Source: a virus (lineage: Duplodnaviria > Caudoviricetes). From it: 46,218 bases of DNA. Below are positions 1-6,218 of the stretch, piece by piece (the first letter of the stretch is position 1; each line of letters starts with the position of its first letter). The translations under genes and the position numbers were made by a program. Under the pieces are notes generated by a model that saw only the letters and a program-made list of their open reading frames with translations, did no database searches and was not told the DNA's origin. The stretch covers positions 1 through 46,218 of the IMG/VR virus record IMGVR_UViG_3300030376_003947. One strand, given 5' to 3'.

Positions 1-4
1 AATT

Positions 5-199
5 ATGTCTTTTAACAAACTAGACAGTTTGTTTGACAGCTTACAAAATTGTGTAAACGATTGTCAAGCAGATGTAAATAAATTTGTAGAGGGAAATAAC
101 TCTGCAGGAACGAGAGTCAGAAAGGCGATGCAAGCTGTAAAAGCTATAGCCCAAGAGGTTAGAACAGAAGTTCAGCATCAAAAGAACTCACAGTTCTAA
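5..199 (+). CDS. Histone H1-like (Hc1 family) small DNA-binding protein
   Basis: 64 aa; DVNKFVEGNNSAGTRVRKAMQ resembles the Hc1-family core (K..GN.AAG.R.RK); the only credible plus-strand gene. Confidence 0.75.
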   Translation: MSFNKLDSLFDSLQNCVNDCQADVNKFVEGNNSAGTRVRKAMQAVKAIAQEVRTEVQHQKNSQF

Positions 200-205
200 A
201 ACAAT

Positions 206-237
206 AAAGGGGGTAACGAAAGTTACTCCCTTTTTTT
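206..237. terminator. Intrinsic terminator, probably bidirectional, between convergent transcription units
   Basis: aaagggggtaac-gaaa-gttactcccttt hairpin with a GAAA loop and a T run on the + strand; A-rich left flank. Confidence 0.85.
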
Positions 238-352
238 ATAATGCTATTAAAAATATAGTAATCATAAATACTATATATATTAACGGGCTAAGATCTAGTT
301 GTTGTGGCTTCATAACATCATAATCACTCCACAGCTCATATAATTTATACAT
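236..352 (-). CDS. Small single-TM peptide (38 aa; alternative start at 313 gives 25 aa)
   Basis: Hand-translated MYKLYELWSDYDVMKPQQLDLSPLIYIVFMITIFLIAL*; fills the gap between the peptidase and the terminator. Confidence 0.45.
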   Translation of the reverse strand: MYKLYELWSDYDVMKPQQLDLSPLIYIVFMITIFLIAL

Positions 353-370
353 ATCTATATTAACAAATTG

Positions 371-826
371 TTAAATTATTTTGTAAGTAGTTTTGCCTTT
401 ATGTTTATAAGCTTTTAAACATCTGTTTCTATTTTCTTCAGGTGATACGTAACTAACGTGTACCCAGTCTGGGTTATTATCATCACCAAACTCCCATATC
501 ATTTGATCGAAGTCCAAATGTTCTCTAATAAAATTAAACATTTCTTTATTAGTTAAGTGACCGTATGTATCATCAAGGTCTATAGCTTGACCGTGACAAT
601 GCTGAGACTTTTCACTACCACCAATAGCTTTGTTTAATTCTGGCGACCTAAAAAAACTATTTATTTTTATAGGGCCATTTGCGTAAGTACGCAATGGTTC
701 AAATATTTCGTCAGCTAACAACTCCATGTTTGTCAACTGTTTTCTATCTGGCTTGTTGTTTATTCCAAGGCGTAACGCTGTTCTGCTATACACGCCTTCC
801 TTGTCGCTTATGTGTTCGCTTATCAT
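371..826 (-). CDS. Peptidase M15A-family Zn peptidase, probable endolysin
   Basis: INSFFRSPELNKAIGG, SQHCHGQAID (SxHxxxxAxD) and WVHVSY motifs. Confidence 0.88.
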   Translation of the reverse strand: MISEHISDKEGVYSRTALRLGINNKPDRKQLTNMELLADEIFEPLRTYANGPIKINSFFRSPELNKAIGGSEKSQHCHGQAIDLDDTYGHLTNKEMFNFIREHLDFDQMIWEFGDDNNPDWVHVSYVSPEENRNRCLKAYKHKGKTTYKII

Positions 827-1281
827 GTTATTGATCCTTTTGCTAATTCTATGTGTTTACAAGTTCTTATACCAGGCGCGTTTCCACTAGTGTTACTAGC
901 TTCGTTGTCAGCTATTTCAACTATACTATCAGTTGAACTTTCGATAAAACTAATTAAGTTTCTACAAACACCTTTAACATCTTGTCCATTTACTTCTAAA
1001 TACACTTTGTCAACAGCTAATAAAGCTGTGCTGCCTACATTAGAGTAATTAGATAATGCAGGTTTAAATGTTAGCAAAACACCTCTGTAATCTGTCTGGC
1101 TACCACCAGCAGGAATCTCAACTTGACCGTTGTTAGCATCTTTGTTATAAGGTATTACAGACAATAACCTGTCGTATCTTAATAAAACGCTACTTCTTAA
1201 TTCGCTATTAACACCGCTTTGAGCGCTTATAAAGCCATCATCTGCAGATAAAGATGCTGTTCTAAAAAATAACCACTTCAT
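823..1281 (-). CDS. Hypothetical protein (152 aa)
   Basis: ATG start; coupled to both neighbours by TAATG and ATGA overlaps. Confidence 0.75.
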   Translation of the reverse strand: MKWLFFRTASLSADDGFISAQSGVNSELRSSVLLRYDRLLSVIPYNKDANNGQVEIPAGGSQTDYRGVLLTFKPALSNYSNVGSTALLAVDKVYLEVNGQDVKGVCRNLISFIESSTDSIVEIADNEASNTSGNAPGIRTCKHIELAKGSIT

Positions 1282-3116
1282 TATCTTATTATTTTTCTTT
1301 GTACTGTACCATCACTAAAATTAAAAAACAATACTTTGTTTTTAACTATATCAGTTTCTCTACCTAATATATCTGTAACGTATAGTAAAACTTTTTCAAC
1401 ACCTCTAACTAGCATTGGTCCTGACCAAGTACCTTCACAATAGTTATATGTTGCTTGACATATAGTGTCCCACTCATTTTCACAACAATATTCATCAACT
1501 TCTATTACCCAAGCATAACAAGGATCATTTAGCCAATAAGGTGTACCAGGTCCTGTTATACAGCCTGCGGCATATAAACATGTTATAGAATCGTTAGTAT
1601 TAGCCTCAAAGTTATAATTGTAAGCGTTAACGTCCATACAACCTTCAACTACAGCTATGCAAGAACCGTTGTTTGTATTTGCTGCTGTATCATAATTTAA
1701 AGCAGCAGGGTCTGTACAGCCAAAAACAGCTAGTGTTCTACAGCTATCTTGTATGTTAATATCAGTGTAATAACCGTTAGTAGTATCTATATGATATTCT
1801 AAATAAGCTGGTGATATGCAACCAGGATAATAGTAACAAGGTAAAGCAGTGTTAGCTGTATCTATATAATTAAAAGCTATACTATCCATACAGCCAAATA
1901 TTTTTTCTTCACAAATATTACCGCAGTAAGTATTGCCTGTGTATTTTTTAAATGGTATAATAAAAGGCGGTTGTACGCTTAAAGCAGTATCTCCTTCAGG
2001 TCCTATTAAAGTAAAACCACACTCAGGCGCTGTAAGTTGCGCTTGTTGTGTTACAAATAACTTAGCGTACACAGGTGACGGCGCGTACAAACCTAAAATT
2101 TCCATTTGATTAAATGATTGTGAAGTCATATAAAACTCCATTGTGTCAGCGTCTTGCCATATTTCTAACCTTGTACCTACCCAACCATTTCCTGCAAGAT
2201 CATGCAGTATTAATGTGTAACCACAAGAATCAATATCTTCCATTGTGTTTGCTACAGAACTGTAATTGTACATTGTGCTGTCAGTGCAGCCATAAATTTT
2301 TAAAGTTACACAGCTACTGTCATCTATTGTAGCTAGCGGATTATACTCTACATAGTCATCGTCCATGCAACCGTATACAGGTGGTGGAGGTACGCAAGTG
2401 TCTGAAATAAACACGTGACTTGTGTCGCTACCAAAATTAGCATCAGTACCGTAAATTAAAGTATCACCACATTGTATTATGTAATAAGAGCCATCTTGAC
2501 CACCCCATAAACTACCAGCTATACCATCACCGTATGTATCATATATAGTAAAAGTTAACTCACCTACAGGTAAACAGTTTACTATGTATTGTGGTTGATA
2601 GTTTGGCACGTTATTATATGGTCCACCTGATATTATAGTGTTGCCTAAACTGTCTGTTATATCCCACGTTGTTTCACTAGGATATTGATCAAGATTTATA
2701 TTTATAACAGTAGTTTCACAGATCGGCGGAGCAGGAGGACCTGGTGGTGGGCAAGGTAACAAGTGTATAACAGTATCTAATTGTGTAAAAGGCACACCTT
2801 GTAATTGCAAATCTAATATTTGCCCTTGACAAGCATTATCCATTTTAAACCAAGCAGGTTGATTAGAGGTCCAACCATCACCAAAACTATCTACAAGAGT
2901 TACAGTATAATAACCAGTGTCTAAAAGTAGTATAGTATCTAAATATTCATAGGGTGCGCTAGGTTGCACGAAAATAGCTGTGTCACCAGTATTATTAGAT
3001 ACCATAAAAAAGTTAGACTCTTGTGGAGCGTAAAAATCAAACATTACCTGAAAATGCACCCATGACTGCTGAGCTAACATGTTTAATGGTAGTAATAGTA
3101 ATAGTAACTTTTTCAT
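1281..3116 (-). CDS. Secreted Cys/Asp-rich repeat protein with a T9SS-CTD-like C-terminus
   Basis: Signal peptide MKKLLLLLLPLNMLA|Q; three DxxG(D/N)G beta domains; about six GCxDxxAxNY...C repeats; ends YVTDILGRE...LFFNFSDGTVQRKIIR. Confidence 0.7.
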   Translation of the reverse strand: MKKLLLLLLPLNMLAQQSWVHFQVMFDFYAPQESNFFMVSNNTGDTAIFVQPSAPYEYLDTILLLDTGYYTVTLVDSFGDGWTSNQPAWFKMDNACQGQILDLQLQGVPFTQLDTVIHLLPCPPPGPPAPPICETTVININLDQYPSETTWDITDSLGNTIISGGPYNNVPNYQPQYIVNCLPVGELTFTIYDTYGDGIAGSLWGGQDGSYYIIQCGDTLIYGTDANFGSDTSHVFISDTCVPPPPVYGCMDDDYVEYNPLATIDDSSCVTLKIYGCTDSTMYNYSSVANTMEDIDSCGYTLILHDLAGNGWVGTRLEIWQDADTMEFYMTSQSFNQMEILGLYAPSPVYAKLFVTQQAQLTAPECGFTLIGPEGDTALSVQPPFIIPFKKYTGNTYCGNICEEKIFGCMDSIAFNYIDTANTALPCYYYPGCISPAYLEYHIDTTNGYYTDINIQDSCRTLAVFGCTDPAALNYDTAANTNNGSCIAVVEGCMDVNAYNYNFEANTNDSITCLYAAGCITGPGTPYWLNDPCYAWVIEVDEYCCENEWDTICQATYNYCEGTWSGPMLVRGVEKVLLYVTDILGRETDIVKNKVLFFNFSDGTVQRKIIR

Positions 3117-3202
3117 TATTTACAACATTTAGTTTTACATATATTTAAACATAACTTGCCAAACGATAGTTTGCAAATTAACTTACATAATTTTTCTTTC
3201 AT
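3116..3202 (-). CDS. 28-aa Cys/Lys-rich peptide
   Basis: Hand-translated MKEKLCKLICKLSFGKLCLNICKTKCCK*; TAATG overlap with the next gene and abuts the previous stop. Confidence 0.65.
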   Translation of the reverse strand: MKEKLCKLICKLSFGKLCLNICKTKCCK

Positions 3203-3316
3203 TTATTTACCTCTTTTTCTTTGTTTAATTTTTTTAAAATCTGCTCCAGTTATTTTGTTATAAGGAGGAGCCATTTTAGCTATTTTTTTTTGCTTTGCAG
3301 ATAATTTTTTAGCCAT
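3203..3316 (-). CDS. 37-aa basic peptide
   Basis: MAKKLSAKQKKIAKMAPPYNKITGADFKKIKQRKRGK*; TAATG coupling to the upstream ORF. Confidence 0.75.
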   Translation of the reverse strand: MAKKLSAKQKKIAKMAPPYNKITGADFKKIKQRKRGK

Positions 3317-3429
3317 TACTTTTTCTTTTTACGTTTAACCTTTTTTTTCTTACGATTAGGATTACCCTTACCGCCATCTTTTTTACTTGCCCAAACCGCT
3401 TTACGTTGAGCTGCGCTTTTATATCCCAT
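3316..3429 (-). CDS. 37-aa highly basic peptide
   Basis: MGYKSAAQRKAVWASKKDGGKGNPNRKKKKVKRKKKK*. Confidence 0.75.
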   Translation of the reverse strand: MGYKSAAQRKAVWASKKDGGKGNPNRKKKKVKRKKKK

Positions 3430-3431
3430 AT

Positions 3432-3560
3432 TTATTTTTTTCTAGGTACACAATTAGGTACTTTTCTGCCTCCTTTTTTCTTCATTCCAACCATCATATA
3501 TCCTTTCCAGCAAGGCCCTTTTTTACCTGACTTGTTTCCACGTTTTAATTTATAAGCCAT
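3432..3560 (-). CDS. 42-aa basic peptide with a CWKGY...VPNCVP motif
   Basis: MAYKLKRGNKSGKKGPCWKGYMMVGMKKKGGRKVPNCVPRKK*; I recognise this motif from other aquatic phage proteins. Confidence 0.8.
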   Translation of the reverse strand: MAYKLKRGNKSGKKGPCWKGYMMVGMKKKGGRKVPNCVPRKK

Positions 3561-3579
3561 TTTTTTTTATTTTTATTAG

Positions 3580-3852
3580 TTAACATTTCCATCTACGTCT
3601 AGCAGCTCTACCTCTTTCGCCAGTCCAACCTTTTGATCTTGCACAAAATGATTTTCTACGCTTAGCGGCTTTACTACCTTTTTTTACTTTACCTGTTACA
3701 GCTGTTTTCAATTTACTGCCAGGGTTTTTCTTTCTATACGCAGCAACCCCACGCTTAGTCATACCAGCACCTTCTTTAGTTGTTCTAAAGTTTCTATTTT
3801 TACCTTTAGTAGTTTTTCGCACGTCTGGTTTTTTTGTTCTTTTTGCAGGCAT
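3580..3852 (-). CDS. 90-aa basic phage protein (RRKSFCAR...RRRWKC motif, DUF6321-like)
   Basis: Very K/R-rich; AAKRRKSFCARS and terminal RWKC motifs. Confidence 0.8.
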   Translation of the reverse strand: MPAKRTKKPDVRKTTKGKNRNFRTTKEGAGMTKRGVAAYRKKNPGSKLKTAVTGKVKKGSKAAKRRKSFCARSKGWTGERGRAARRRWKC

Positions 3853-3971
3853 TATTTTCTTTTTTGTAAAAAAGCTCTTCTTCTACCACAACTAGTCACA
3901 GGGTTAGGGTTATTTTTTTGCACATAACTCTTTGTTGTTTTAAATCTTTTTTGTCTGCTAGTTCCAGTCAT
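3852..3971 (-). CDS. 39-aa basic peptide
   Basis: MTGTSRQKRFKTTKSYVQKNNPNPVTSCGRRRAFLQKRK*; starts 1 nt after the upstream stop; TAATG overlap downstream. Confidence 0.7.
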   Translation of the reverse strand: MTGTSRQKRFKTTKSYVQKNNPNPVTSCGRRRAFLQKRK

Positions 3972-3972
3972 T

Positions 3973-4296
3973 TTAAAAATCGCTCATTAATTGATTATCT
4001 ATTTCTTCTTGTATTTCTTTACGTGTTGCTACCATTTTAAAACTAAGATCAGCTTGAAATCTAGCAACTTCTTCACCATCTTTAAATATTATAATAGTAG
4101 GTATAACAGCTATTTTATGTTTAGTAGCTAAATTAGCATTTTTAGCTATATCTACATACGATATAGTCTTGCAGTCTTTTAACTCCATAACCCAAGGTAC
4201 TTCATTAGCTTTATTCCACTCAGCATTAAACTGAGATATTTGTATTTGACTAAATGCACTGTTGCACAGCAACATTAATATTACGATATATTTCAT
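3973..4296 (-). CDS. Exported thioredoxin-fold protein lacking CxxC
   Basis: Signal peptide ...AFS|Q; QFNAEWN where F.A.WC is expected; KHKIAVIPTIIIFKDGEEVARF is the cis-Pro segment of the Trx fold. Confidence 0.75.
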   Translation of the reverse strand: MKYIVILMLLCNSAFSQIQISQFNAEWNKANEVPWVMELKDCKTISYVDIAKNANLATKHKIAVIPTIIIFKDGEEVARFQADLSFKMVATRKEIQEEIDNQLMSDF

Positions 4297-4571
4297 CTGT
4301 CGTATAGTTTGTCTTCTATTTTTTCTAACGTTTTCTTTATTTCTTCAACGTCTTTCTGTGTGTCCATAATAGTATTACGTATCATTTGATCTTTCATATC
4401 AAACTCCATACGTGTAACTTCAGGCTCAACAACCGGTAATTCTTTTGCTTCAGCTATATCTGCTTGTAGTGTAAACCACATGCCTATTAACGCTGACAAC
4501 CCAACGCCTATTGCTATTAATGTTTTTATGCTTATTTTAAAGCTAGTATCTTCATTTAATTGTTTAGCCAT
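4293..4571 (-). CDS. Single-TM protein with a C-terminal coiled coil (holin- or spanin-like possible)
   Basis: TM segment TLIAIGVGLSALIGMWF; heptads in DTQKDVEEIKKTLEKIEDKL. Confidence 0.6.
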   Translation of the reverse strand: MAKQLNEDTSFKISIKTLIAIGVGLSALIGMWFTLQADIAEAKELPVVEPEVTRMEFDMKDQMIRNTIMDTQKDVEEIKKTLEKIEDKLYDR

Positions 4572-4576
4572 TTTAC

Positions 4577-4589
4577 TATATAGTTATAT
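4577..4589 (-). promoter_or_regulatory. Partial copy of the putative phage promoter motif
   Basis: Minus strand ATATAACTATATA, 12/13 identical to ATGTAACTATATA in the site at 18588-18614; lies in a 19-nt intergenic gap. Confidence 0.4.
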
Positions 4590-4590
4590 A

Positions 4591-5673
4591 TTAAAAGATT
4601 ACGTAATTTACACCAAATTTAAAGTCATACCACTCTCTATTCCAATACTTATTGTATTTAGCCTCGACAAAATAACCTAAATTTTTATTTTGTTTAATAC
4701 CATATATAAAACCGCCACTGTAATCATACCACTGATCACCATCATTAAAGTTGTGATATGAAAACTCATTACCACTATCATGGTGATATGGCATTAAATT
4801 ACCCCAAGCATGCAACCATGTTTTTTTAGTATATTTATAGTAATCAAAACCAATTACTATAGAGTGCTGCATTATTCTTTCAAGCTCGTTTTGTTTTCTT
4901 TCAACATAATCAGATAAAACTTGTGGTATTACTACAGCTTCCCAAACCTCAGCGTTTGTAGCAACAACTTCACCCTGTGGATTTGTATATACAGAGTTAG
5001 CTACATCTACGTTGTAACCTTCTTGTAAAGCTAGGTAAGTATAATGTACATTACCATTGCTTAACATCCACTCTGCTAGCGGATCATAACCGTATGGCTC
5101 AGCTAATCTGTGAGCTAAACCTATGTTCCAAGATAAATTTTTATGTTTTCTATATCTATATCTTTCAGAGGCTTCAAAGTATTTTACATCAGCAAAACCA
5201 TCTTCTAAATATTCTAACTTTAAGGCAAAGAAATTTATGCAAACCTCGTCTTGACAACCGTCATCAGAACTCCATCTTAAAAAATGATGTTGATCCATAT
5301 AGTCTATACCTTCTTGTCTTTTGTAATCTACTTCAAATAAATATTCTAAACCTCTTACTTTACCCACAGTGGCAGCATCGCTATAATTAGACTCTGTGCC
5401 ATCGTAAAAAGTTTGTGCTTTATTTTCATAACCAAATCTAGCTATTTTACGAAGACCAACTGTAAAGTTGTAATCATATGGCGTTGATATTGTGCTTGTT
5501 GACAAACCATTGTCTACAGAAAACACATTAACGTCTGATAACGAAGTACCACCGTTAACAGCTGCGTAAAACGTAGAAAACTTTAATAGTGATTGTAAAT
5601 CTTGACCGCAACATTTTTTTGGTGCAGCGCAAGAAACTAATGTTATTAATAATAGTATAATTAGCTTTTTCAT
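4591..5673 (-). CDS. Putative outer-membrane beta-barrel protein
   Basis: N-terminal signal or lipobox (LVSC); alternating aromatic beta strands; ends YDFKFGVNYVIF with terminal Phe (BAM-signal-like). Confidence 0.6.
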   Translation of the reverse strand: MKKLIILLLITLVSCAAPKKCCGQDLQSLLKFSTFYAAVNGGTSLSDVNVFSVDNGLSTSTISTPYDYNFTVGLRKIARFGYENKAQTFYDGTESNYSDAATVGKVRGLEYLFEVDYKRQEGIDYMDQHHFLRWSSDDGCQDEVCINFFALKLEYLEDGFADVKYFEASERYRYRKHKNLSWNIGLAHRLAEPYGYDPLAEWMLSNGNVHYTYLALQEGYNVDVANSVYTNPQGEVVATNAEVWEAVVIPQVLSDYVERKQNELERIMQHSIVIGFDYYKYTKKTWLHAWGNLMPYHHDSGNEFSYHNFNDGDQWYDYSGGFIYGIKQNKNLGYFVEAKYNKYWNREWYDFKFGVNYVIF

Positions 5674-6218
5674 TCTTTTATTTTAATTGTTATTTCATGT
5701 GGCGCATATTCATTGCCACCAAAGTATGGGTACAAATAATATCTTCTTACTAAACCCCAATAACCTTCTGGCCTACGTCTAACCTCTGTAGTGTCGCCGT
5801 TTATAACTATGATATAGTAAAACGTAGTTATGTCTATTGAAGCGTTATATATTTCGTTTGGCTCTATAGTTCTTATTGTAGCAGAGCTATGTCTACCCTC
5901 TTCGTGTCTTAGCCAGCACAACTCAATTTGCCCATCTATATATCTCCAACCAAGCCTTATAGAGTATTTTTGATGAAGCTTACCAAAGTCACTCATGCCA
6001 TAAATTTTATTAACATCGTGTTGGTTTTCGGGCACTTCAGTATAATATATCGCTGATTCGTCAAGAATAAAGTCAAATGTAATCCTTGAGTTGTCTGGGT
6101 GATTTACAAACGTGCCAGAACTATGTGCTCCTTCTGGTATAACATATGTTCTAAAACCTAAGTCGTCAGTTTCTTTAGCACATGCTATACACAACAACAG
6201 TAACAAAAGCCATCTCAT
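5670..6218 (-). CDS. Putative lipoprotein (182 aa; true start probably 6218, not 6341)
   Basis: MRWLLLLLLCIAC lipobox-like; the ATG overlaps the giant gene's stop as TAATG; beta-rich body. Confidence 0.7.
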   Translation of the reverse strand: MRWLLLLLLCIACAKETDDLGFRTYVIPEGAHSSGTFVNHPDNSRITFDFILDESAIYYTEVPENQHDVNKIYGMSDFGKLHQKYSIRLGWRYIDGQIELCWLRHEEGRHSSATIRTIEPNEIYNASIDITTFYYIIVINGDTTEVRRRPEGYWGLVRRYYLYPYFGGNEYAPHEITIKIKE

